Positions 42,597-50,495 of a stretch of 64,000 bases of DNA are shown here, one piece after another. Each line of letters opens with the position of its first letter. Position 1 is the first letter of the stretch. Made by a program: the position numbers and the translations under genes. The notes below the pieces were generated by a model, which had not been told where the DNA came from, made no database searches, and was given only the letters and a program-made list of their open reading frames with translations. Source of the stretch: a virus; IMG/VR virus record IMGVR_UViG_3300027969_000060, positions 32,001 through 96,000 of that record, one strand, 5' to 3'.

Positions 42597-42817
42597 TTAG
42601 GTTATCGGTTGAAGATACGATAGAGTACTTGATTAGGCTTGACAAGCAGGTTAAACAATTCAAAGAAGAGCTGTTTAGAGTAAGTTGGTATATGAGGGGT
42701 GGTGTATCTGCTGTCGATCTCATGTACTTGTGGAGTTACGAAGATCGACAGTTGATGTATGCAACTATTGAAAGCAATATAGAGCTTGCTAAATCAACTG
42801 GCAAGCCGTTTATCTAA
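42584..42817 (+). CDS. gp51-like baseplate hub assembly chaperone; probably expressed as a -1 frameshift extension of the gp26-like ORF
   Basis: SWYMRGGVS....Y..SYEDR motif. No ATG upstream of the listed TTG start; the -1 frame is open from the T TTT TTC site at 42578-42584. Confidence 0.65.
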   Translation, partial: RQRLIRLSVEDTIEYLIRLDKQVKQFKEELFRVSWYMRGGVSAVDLMYLWSYEDRQLMYATIESNIELAKSTGKPFI

Positions 42818-43807
42818 TTACTTTGCCTTCTGTCTTTCTTTTTCCATATCCGCTAGCGTTCTTCCTGCTTGCGGTACGTTAGCAAATCGTGGATCAATTT
42901 TAAATTCAGCACGACCAGTAGGAGAAGTTACAATCTCAGGTCTTGCTGATATTGGTAGTTGTTTGTTAGCAGGCCCTTGACCAGCTGTTGGATTTGTTCC
43001 TTGGCTAGTTGAATCTTTAGCAGTTTGTCCTTGTGTGTCCGCGGCGGAGTCAGCATCTGCTTTTGCTGAATTATCTGGAGTTGCTGGGCTGTTATCTTTG
43101 ATGCCAAATATTTTCTTAAACTTATCTACAACTGCAATACCTGCATCACCTAATGTTTGGTCAATCATACAAGCGCCAATGATTTCTGCAACAGTATTTT
43201 TACCAGATTCTGTATTTAAATAGGCCATTAATCCAACGGTAGCGGCGCTGTCTAAGTTGCTTAATAGTTTACCTAGGTTAGCAACTGGTGCATATGGGAC
43301 TAGTCGCATACCTACAGTTAATTGTGTCCAACCTGTGGCTAACTTTAGTGTACCAAATAAAACTGTTGAGGCTGCAATCTGCCCAACGAGTGTTGCCATA
43401 CGCTGTTGACGGTACTGCTGATATTTCTCTGGGGTCCACTCGCCTTTTTCAACCATTGCAACAGCATCTTCCATGTCGTCCCAATAGTCATAGGCCATCT
43501 TACCTAGTCCTAAACCTTTTAACACTAATAGCAATCGACCAGTGGCCTTATTAAAGGTAGCAAATCCGTCCTTAGTTACTTTTCCACCTACATCTGCAAT
43601 CTTTCCTTTAGGAATTTTACCACCTTTACTTGCTGTAGCTACGGCATCATCTGCACGACCACTAGCACGTTGAGCTAATTTTAAAATACCTTTACCAACA
43701 GGTTCTAGTACTTTACCACCCGTTCTTCCAATTATATTCATAGCAGCCGGGATAATTCCCCCAAACTCTTTTAATTCACGTTCTGTTAGTAGGTCGTTAA
43801 TTCTCAT
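42818..43807 (-). CDS. Hypothetical late protein (329 aa), possibly an internal head/ejected protein
   Basis: GAGG RBS, ATAAATA box at 43827-43833, N-terminus MRINDLLTE, amphipathic/hydrophobic helices. Confidence 0.5.
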   Translation of the reverse strand: MRINDLLTERELKEFGGIIPAAMNIIGRTGGKVLEPVGKGILKLAQRASGRADDAVATASKGGKIPKGKIADVGGKVTKDGFATFNKATGRLLLVLKGLGLGKMAYDYWDDMEDAVAMVEKGEWTPEKYQQYRQQRMATLVGQIAASTVLFGTLKLATGWTQLTVGMRLVPYAPVANLGKLLSNLDSAATVGLMAYLNTESGKNTVAEIIGACMIDQTLGDAGIAVVDKFKKIFGIKDNSPATPDNSAKADADSAADTQGQTAKDSTSQGTNPTAGQGPANKQLPISARPEIVTSPTGRAEFKIDPRFANVPQAGRTLADMEKERQKAK

Positions 43808-43844
43808 TTGTATTTCCTCAGTAAGATATTTATCTACTACTTTA

Positions 43845-44307
43845 AGAAGAACTTGCGTTCTTCTGTTCTTCGCTAACGCTCGAACTTACTGTCTTTCTTT
43901 TAATTATATTATTAAACGCGAAGCGTTAAGATATTATCTAGATTGTTCAGTCACACTTAGCCCTTGCGGGCTAAAATTGAACATTATCTGAGTTGAGCAG
44001 TTCACTTAGTGTTTGCACTACAAGCATATTGCTAGCTTAGGCGGTCATCCGGTACCTAATCGTGCTGTCTTATATGACGGCGGGCCTCTACACATACACT
44101 AACACATGCAGAGCCGTGGGCTGTTAACCCTCTTTTAGCCTTGGAAATACACACTTACAAATCAAACCGGTTATAATTTAGGCATATCCGATCAACGTCC
44201 TGTAAAGGATAGTGATTTGCTACTCTACGCCAATTAGAGTTCCTTGCCGCCACACATCAGAGCGGATTTAGGGCACTATACTATCGCCGGTGCGGGCTTA
44301 TTTGGCG
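43845..44307 (-). ncRNA. Candidate large structured ncRNA (~460-480 nt), family not recognised
   Basis: Only long ORF-free stretch in the window; GC-richer than the flanks; more than 12 stems including two GCAA tetraloops and G-U pairs that favour the minus strand. Confidence 0.6.
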
Positions 44308-44751
44308 TTATTTTGCCTGGTTTTCTTGGAGTCGTTTAATATGCGAACCGTGTACACGTACTTGAATATGACCGTTATAATATTCATTTGATTCTAATAC
44401 TCTACGTGAAAATTGTTCGCGAGCCTCTATGTAACTACATTCTGCCTTGGATTTGCAGTAAAACAGTATTTCTCTTGTGAAGTTTTCTTTGCCTAGTGCG
44501 TCTATGTCTGTTTGAAGATTAGGACTGCTACCATAGTATTCCTGCCAGTCGCTGTCAATTTTACTTCTAATCTTCTTTTTTTTCTTAGTGCCGTTTTTAA
44601 GTTTTACAGTTTTATATGAGGTTTTAGAGAATTTAGCAAGTTTTTTGCCTATGTACATGCGCCCGTTAGTTATATTGGTGATGATATACACGAATCCTAT
44701 ACAGTCTTCGGGTAAAATTTCTACGGTTTGGGATTGATATAACCACGTCAT
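44308..44751 (-). CDS. GIY-YIG-like nuclease-family protein (147 aa)
   Basis: GFVYIITNITNGRMYIGKK...W.EYYGSS...F.REIL..C..K.E..Y.E...YYN. Confidence 0.8.
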   Translation of the reverse strand: MTWLYQSQTVEILPEDCIGFVYIITNITNGRMYIGKKLAKFSKTSYKTVKLKNGTKKKKKIRSKIDSDWQEYYGSSPNLQTDIDALGKENFTREILFYCKSKAECSYIEAREQFSRRVLESNEYYNGHIQVRVHGSHIKRLQENQAK

Positions 44752-44756
44752 GCAAG

Positions 44757-45020
44757 TTAGTTATCACTATCAGTTCCCTCCCGAGCTTCCTTTTGAGCCT
44801 TACGTTTTGCCTTTTGTTTTTCCCAGTCTACGTCTTTCCACTTGCGCCACTCTTGCACATGTATACGTCGAGCAGAGCATATCCTACGAATTTCACTCAT
44901 CCAGAACCGAACGTCCATCCCTGCACGTTTGGTACCTTCTGCTAGCCAACGTTGATTTGCCTTAAAGTATTCCTTAAAAGCATCCATTAGTTGTGAGTGT
45001 AATTCCTCGTCCTGGTGCAT
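44757..45020 (-). CDS. Hypothetical basic helical protein (87 aa)
   Basis: Start overlaps the upstream stop (TAATG); coherent ORF in the gp55-47-46 operon. Confidence 0.55.
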   Translation of the reverse strand: MHQDEELHSQLMDAFKEYFKANQRWLAEGTKRAGMDVRFWMSEIRRICSARRIHVQEWRKWKDVDWEKQKAKRKAQKEAREGTDSDN

Positions 45021-45520
45021 TATCCTACCTTATAGTACGCAACGCCATCTGTTGCATGTATTTTAATTGATTCTCTATGTCTAGGGAGCTCACTCATTCC
45101 TATGTTCAGTGGTAACATTAGATCAGTTTTATCTAATGAAAAATAAACTTTCTTACAGCCAAACGCCTGTGTTGATTCATGTACTACACGATGATGCGGA
45201 TGACCGTATTCACCTTCTTCATTGTGTGTTAATATTAAATCGTAGCCTATTGTTGCTCTACGCAGAGCCCTGATAGCATCAAACTTATCCCATGTGAGCA
45301 AACTATCCGTACCTAAATCCCTGCCGTGATCTTTGAATCCTAAAAACTCAGTATTAACACCACGCTGCCGCCAGTACCTAGCAATTTCACGACCACGCTT
45401 GTGCCAGCGCCAACAGGTTAGATACACAATGTTCCATTCGTATTCTGGATGTGCATCCATAAACGCACTGGCAAATATAACACAATCATCCGGATGAGCT
45501 ACTAAGGCAATTGCTTTCAC
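45020..45520 (-). CDS. PIG-L/LmbE-family deacetylase-like protein
   Basis: VAHPDD metal motif, VYLT, THNEEGEYGHPHH. Confidence 0.85.
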   Translation of the reverse strand: MKAIALVAHPDDCVIFASAFMDAHPEYEWNIVYLTCWRWHKRGREIARYWRQRGVNTEFLGFKDHGRDLGTDSLLTWDKFDAIRALRRATIGYDLILTHNEEGEYGHPHHRVVHESTQAFGCKKVYFSLDKTDLMLPLNIGMSELPRHRESIKIHATDGVAYYKVG

Positions 45521-47295
45521 TCTGTGACCTCAAGATCAGTAGCGTATGATGTAAAGCCATTTTCTTTAATAACTCTAAGTACATTGTTAACACGACCAAT
45601 TAGCTCGTCTTTGTGGCTGATTAAGAAAATATTTTTCTTACGTTCACGTCCCATCTTTTTAAGTACACTGAGCGCACTTTCAACACCGCTGGCATCTAAT
45701 CCGTTATCAATAAGCTCGTCAACAAATAACAAGTTAATGCTTTGATATAGGCTTTCCCATACATCGCGGAATGCCCATGATAATCCAAGAATAAGTCTAT
45801 TTCGTTCCCCTCGACTTAGATTATCAAAATCTAAATCTTGTCCTAGTTGGGTAATTTCAACAGTGAGATCGTTTTGGAATACAACAGTATGCGGTAGTCC
45901 CATGCGATCAAGATAATAGGTTAACCTATTATTAAGGTATGCTAGGTTTTGATCTATGATCTTCTTACGAATAAACGAGTCTTTTGAAGTTAGTAGCTTC
46001 AATAGAAACTCTTGGTGGTCTTTTAAGCTAGAAAGTTCATTAACACGATCCCATGTAATTTCTTGCATGGCGGTGTCTGTTAATTCATCGATCTGCTCTT
46101 GATACGGATCTGTTTCACCTGCCTTGATAGTCAGATTTGTTTCTAATGTTTTAAGATTATTTTGATGTTTAAGTGCTTGTTCAACAGTGTCATAATATGT
46201 TTCGGGCCGTCCACTAAGCTCACCGATAGCAATAATTTCTGTTGTAATTTTAGCTAGGTCAGCAACAACTTTATTGTGATACTGTTGTGATTCTGCAAGA
46301 TGCTTAGTAGCTTCGGCAGTCATTTCTTCATGTTTATGATCGTGAAGTTCTTGTTCACAAGCGTGACATTTTTTGTCCTGCAATTTAGCAAGCTCGCTAG
46401 AGTACTTTTTTACGCTTCGCTCCGCTTGTGCTGTCGCGCTATCTAACGTAGCTCTCTCCTTATTCAGGCTCTTTAGCTTGGCTGTCTTTTCATCAAACTC
46501 TTTAAGTTTAGCATGTTTAGCAAGCTCTGTATCAATGTCTACATTTTCTAATTCAATAATAGCACGACCAATTTTTTCAAGATCTTGATCGTGTTGATGG
46601 TTCCATGCATTTTGTCTTGTTAACAATGCATCAATACTTTGTTGTATTTTTTCATTAGCTTTTTTTGACGCTTCGATATTTGCACTTTCTTGTATAATAC
46701 TATCTTTAGTTTGTCGGATTAGTTCTTTAAGTGTTTCTGCTTTCTCACTGAGCAAGGTAATACCTAACAACTGTTCAATGATAGCACGTTGGTCCGCAGC
46801 CTTCATAGACAAAAACGGCTCAGTATAAGTGTTAAGTGCAACCACGTGCTTGAACATGTCGTGACTCATACCTAGCAAGTCATCTAAGTCCTTTTGTGTC
46901 TCACGCATATCGCCCTGAGCATCGTCGGTTTCTTCTGTTTCTTGTTCCTGATCGTTTACATAAAACTTCATAAGAGTAGGCTTGCGCCCACGCTCAACAC
47001 GATAGACAACGCCGTCTTTTTCAAAAGCTAGTGTAACCAACATATTTTTATTATTAATTTTGTTGATTAAATTATCTTTCTTAATATTAGTAAGTGCATT
47101 ACCAAACAGGGCAAAACTTAATGCATTTACAATGGTTGTTTTTCCCGTGCCATTTCTACTTCCGCTATCATCTCCGCCTTGGTCTAAGTTTTCCCCTAGC
47201 ACAAGTGTTAAGTTCTCTTTTGTAAAATCTACAGCTTGGGTTTGATTACCCACGCTCATAAAATTCTTAACAGTTAAATTTTTAATTTTAATCAT
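45517..47295 (-). CDS. gp46: Recombination endonuclease ATPase subunit (Rad50/SbcC-like)
   Basis: KNFMSVGN, Walker A NGTGKTT, zinc hook CHAC, signature LSRGE, Walker B LLFVDE, ISH. Confidence 0.95.
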   Translation of the reverse strand: MIKIKNLTVKNFMSVGNQTQAVDFTKENLTLVLGENLDQGGDDSGSRNGTGKTTIVNALSFALFGNALTNIKKDNLINKINNKNMLVTLAFEKDGVVYRVERGRKPTLMKFYVNDQEQETEETDDAQGDMRETQKDLDDLLGMSHDMFKHVVALNTYTEPFLSMKAADQRAIIEQLLGITLLSEKAETLKELIRQTKDSIIQESANIEASKKANEKIQQSIDALLTRQNAWNHQHDQDLEKIGRAIIELENVDIDTELAKHAKLKEFDEKTAKLKSLNKERATLDSATAQAERSVKKYSSELAKLQDKKCHACEQELHDHKHEEMTAEATKHLAESQQYHNKVVADLAKITTEIIAIGELSGRPETYYDTVEQALKHQNNLKTLETNLTIKAGETDPYQEQIDELTDTAMQEITWDRVNELSSLKDHQEFLLKLLTSKDSFIRKKIIDQNLAYLNNRLTYYLDRMGLPHTVVFQNDLTVEITQLGQDLDFDNLSRGERNRLILGLSWAFRDVWESLYQSINLLFVDELIDNGLDASGVESALSVLKKMGRERKKNIFLISHKDELIGRVNNVLRVIKENGFTSYATDLEVTE

Positions 47296-48305
47296 AGGCT
47301 ATTGTAAATTGCTAAAAGCGTATTCTTATCAAACTGGTCAGAGTCAATATTAATAAGCTGACTAGACACAATTTGATCTACTGATTCAAATGCTTGAATA
47401 TCAATACTTGTATTGATTTCTGCATCTTTCTTTTCAGCAATCAATGTAAGTTCACGTATTTCATAATCTGAAATAAATTTTTCTTTAATAAAACTAGCTT
47501 CTTCATACGTGATATCAATATCTAGTGTAACACGTAAATGTTGTTTAGGTTTAATAATTGTACCGGCTTCGTCAATAAGCTGGCTTAGTTTAACTGTACG
47601 GAATGTAGGCTGTGCAGGCCAGCTATGATATTCTGGTTCACCACCCCATTCCATAGTCATCATACCGCGGTCATCATCCCATGCATCTGCATAATTGTGC
47701 GGAAACGCATTACCAATATAAATCATGTTACGTTGTTGTTGGCGTTTATGAAAATGTCCGCTAAATCCTAGCTCATAACCTTTAAAACTATCTAGTTGGA
47801 TCTCTCCGTGATCTGGCATTTGTACCATTGCGTTCATAAAAAAGCTAGGCAATTCAAAGTGCCCAAATATATACTTGCCACCTTTCTTGCCTATTGATCG
47901 CCATTCGTCCCCAACGAGCCAAGGACATAGAGTAACGTCACCAATAGTAGTGGGCTCGTGTACCACAATGATGCCAGGAATATACTTTCCGAATTCAACG
48001 CTGTGGATGTCCCGCTTATCTTTGTAGTAAAGATCATGATTACCAGGAAAGAAATAAAACTTATCGAAAGCCTGTCCCAGTTTCTCAAGGGCTCTAAGGC
48101 TATAGTCCATAGTAGTAATATTAAGACTGTTACGATTGTGATGCCAATCGCCCATAAAAATTCCAACATCACATCCTTCCTCCTTGGCTTTTGCAATGTA
48201 CCAATCTACAAAGTCTTCGCAGTCTTGATTATGTGTCGAACTATTGGATTTTAATCCAAAGTGAATATCTGTAAAACACGCTACTTTTTTAAATAAATTA
48301 CTCAT
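47292..48305 (-). CDS. gp47: Recombination endonuclease nuclease subunit (Mre11/SbcD-like)
   Basis: DIHFG, GDWHH, GNHD, GHFE, SGHFH metallophosphoesterase motifs. Likely start is the ATG at 48305 overlapping the gp55 stop. Confidence 0.95.
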   Translation of the reverse strand: MSNLFKKVACFTDIHFGLKSNSSTHNQDCEDFVDWYIAKAKEEGCDVGIFMGDWHHNRNSLNITTMDYSLRALEKLGQAFDKFYFFPGNHDLYYKDKRDIHSVEFGKYIPGIIVVHEPTTIGDVTLCPWLVGDEWRSIGKKGGKYIFGHFELPSFFMNAMVQMPDHGEIQLDSFKGYELGFSGHFHKRQQQRNMIYIGNAFPHNYADAWDDDRGMMTMEWGGEPEYHSWPAQPTFRTVKLSQLIDEAGTIIKPKQHLRVTLDIDITYEEASFIKEKFISDYEIRELTLIAEKKDAEINTSIDIQAFESVDQIVSSQLINIDSDQFDKNTLLAIYNSL

Positions 48306-49131
48306 CAGTGCCTTCTGCATTATGACGTTTCAATGCCGCTTCGTGTTCTCCTGCACCCGTCCTTGAGTAACTAGGATTCATGCCATTCATTTCAAGGATG
48401 TCATCACGAATATTTTGATTACGCTTTTCAATATTGATAACACGAACAAAACTATTAGTCACAGCCGCAGTAAAATAAGCAAATGGATTATCCGATTTAC
48501 TTTCATCAAATTGTAAACCAATCTGTGTCAACTGTAAAATAGCTTGCCCCTTCATTTCGTCATTATAAGTGTAGCCACGAACGTTACCGCGAGTAGCATA
48601 CCTCTCACATAATTTTAACATCATTCGTGCTAAAGTTGGAGTAATTTGGCCTGCATCTTTATCAAAATGACCTTTATCTAAAGTACCCTTCCAATGACTC
48701 TTGCCTACGCAGATTAGCTCATCTTCATCGTTGTATTTCCAATGCTGAAATGGTGGAAAGTTAACTTTATCTCGTCCGTCTGCAACTGTTTTAGGATTTT
48801 TTTTACGTATAGTATTCAATGGAATGTGGTCAAACGTCATAATTCTAAAGACTACATCAGTCTTTTGTATTTTTTTATAATCAACCTCGCAGTCAGCTTG
48901 TTTTACTTTTTCGCCTGCTTTTTTACGAGTACTGTATTCTAAATCACCTATTCTCTTTGCCTGATTTCTTTTAGCTTCGGCTATCGTACGTATGTTTATT
49001 TTGTCTATATTTGGTAAAATAATGTCGTATTGATGATATTTTGGATCAGTAAAACTGCAATATGAACTCTTTGATCTGTGTATTTCTAATAACATATCCT
49101 TGTTATTTAGGTAATTAACTTTTGCTGTCAT
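48298..49131 (-). CDS. gp55: Late-transcription sigma factor, gp55-like
   Basis: NYLNNKD.L, N..GYTYNDEM, FD..KS.NPFAYFT.....SF.R.I..EK; canonical 55-47-46 gene order. Confidence 0.85.
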   Translation of the reverse strand: MTAKVNYLNNKDMLLEIHRSKSSYCSFTDPKYHQYDIILPNIDKINIRTIAEAKRNQAKRIGDLEYSTRKKAGEKVKQADCEVDYKKIQKTDVVFRIMTFDHIPLNTIRKKNPKTVADGRDKVNFPPFQHWKYNDEDELICVGKSHWKGTLDKGHFDKDAGQITPTLARMMLKLCERYATRGNVRGYTYNDEMKGQAILQLTQIGLQFDESKSDNPFAYFTAAVTNSFVRVINIEKRNQNIRDDILEMNGMNPSYSRTGAGEHEAALKRHNAEGTDE

Positions 49132-49153
49132 TAATGATTTCTCCGGATGTACT

Positions 49154-49182
49154 ATTATAAACTACGCGGTTAATAAAGTCAA
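49154..49182 (-). promoter_or_regulatory. Host sigma70-type promoter for the gp55-47-46 operon
   Basis: TTGACT (49177-49182), 17-bp spacer, TATAAT (49154-49159); GGAG RBS downstream. Confidence 0.85.
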
Positions 49183-49189
49183 ATAAATA
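49183..49189 (+). promoter_or_regulatory. Late promoter (ATAAATA) for the baseplate operon
   Basis: Same box as upstream of other late genes; 20 nt before the ATG at 49210. Confidence 0.7.
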
Positions 49190-49209
49190 CTTGCCAAAGG
49201 GACATAATT

Positions 49210-50190
49210 ATGGCATTGAATGTACAAAATTTATCAAGCACTATTTCGGCAACAACTGCTACATTTGGGGCAGTTTCAAGCGCCGTTAATACGGTTAAGA
49301 ATTTAGGAGTTGGTAGCCTACAAGACAATCTACTAAGCGGTACAGGGCTAGCGGCAGGAGCAGAAGCGATCGGTGATGTCATGGGTGCCCTCTCAAGTTT
49401 TGGTGGTGGCGATGCCGGCGCAAATGATTGGCGTGTAAGACTAAGCCTGCCTAACTGGGTTAGTTTTAAAAGTAGTGCAGTTTTAAAACCATTGAAAGAA
49501 GCGGGCGGGTTAATATTTCCTTATACCCCTCAAATTAGCATGAGCACAAGTGCCAAATATACTGCCATTCCAACTATACACAGTAATTATACATTCCAAG
49601 CATATCAAAATAGTGATCCTGGAGAAATTAAAATTACCGGAGCATTTAACGTAGAGGATAGTTCGCAAGCGTTATATTGGATTGCTGTAGTACACTATCT
49701 ACGTAGCGTTTCAAAAATGTTTAGCGGAAACGATCCAAAAGCAGGTAACCCTCCTCCTATAGTAAATCTTAATGGTTATGGTGCGTATGTTTTTAAAAAT
49801 GTTCCTGTGATTATTAAATCTATGAGTCTTGATCTTCCACAAGAGTGTGACTATATTAGTTGTGATGTAGTTGGTAGTGCCGCTGGAGAAATTGCAGGTA
49901 TTGCAGATAGTATTGGCGGCCTTGCAGATACACTTGGCGGAGCCTTACCGTCACTGGGCCCTATCACAAGCACGATAAGTAGTATAGCAGGCGGCGTGGG
50001 GCAAGTAGCAAGCCTATTAGGTAGTTTTGGAGTAGGTGGAAGCACTAGTGGCGGAGTTGCCCACGTTCCGACGAAGAGTTCAATTACAGTGACACTAATG
50101 CCTGCTTACAGTAGAAACTCAGCACGTAACTTTAGTCTTGATAGATTTGTTCAAGGCGGTTATATGAATAACGCAACAGGATACGTATAA
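49210..50190 (+). CDS. Baseplate/tail-tube initiator-like protein (tube fold)
   Basis: GLIFPYTPQI, HSNY, HYLRSVSKM, GNPPPIV.LNGYG.YVFKNVPV; first gene of the baseplate operon. Confidence 0.55.
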   Translation: MALNVQNLSSTISATTATFGAVSSAVNTVKNLGVGSLQDNLLSGTGLAAGAEAIGDVMGALSSFGGGDAGANDWRVRLSLPNWVSFKSSAVLKPLKEAGGLIFPYTPQISMSTSAKYTAIPTIHSNYTFQAYQNSDPGEIKITGAFNVEDSSQALYWIAVVHYLRSVSKMFSGNDPKAGNPPPIVNLNGYGAYVFKNVPVIIKSMSLDLPQECDYISCDVVGSAAGEIAGIADSIGGLADTLGGALPSLGPITSTISSIAGGVGQVASLLGSFGVGGSTSGGVAHVPTKSSITVTLMPAYSRNSARNFSLDRFVQGGYMNNATGYV

Positions 50191-50191
50191 T

Positions 50192-50494
50192 ATGTCTACA
50201 ATTTACTCAAGTGTTAGTCCTTGGTATACAACTTCTATTAAACAAAATTATCTAGACGTATTAAAAATTCGACCAGTAGCAGCCGCCACCGATGATATTT
50301 TGTACACTATAGATGCTAAGTTTAATAATAGACCAGATTTACTTGCTTATGCATTATATGGTGATGCCGCACTATGGTGGGTTTTTATCCAACGAAATTT
50401 GGATGTACTACAAGATCCAATTTTTGATTTTGTCGCCGGAAAGAAAATATATCTTCCTAAAGAAAGTAATTTACGATCAGTGTTAGGATTATAA
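50192..50494 (+). CDS. gp53: Baseplate wedge protein, gp53-like (LysM-like)
   Basis: RPDLLAYALYGDAALWWVF..RN....DPIFDF..G..IYLP. Confidence 0.8.
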   Translation: MSTIYSSVSPWYTTSIKQNYLDVLKIRPVAAATDDILYTIDAKFNNRPDLLAYALYGDAALWWVFIQRNLDVLQDPIFDFVAGKKIYLPKESNLRSVLGL

Positions 50495-50495
50495 T

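Noticed and set aside
43845-44751. Group I intron with a GIY-YIG homing endonuclease
   Set aside because: No interrupted host gene on either side, and I could not identify the P7 catalytic core sequences. Kept only as an unclassified structured RNA.
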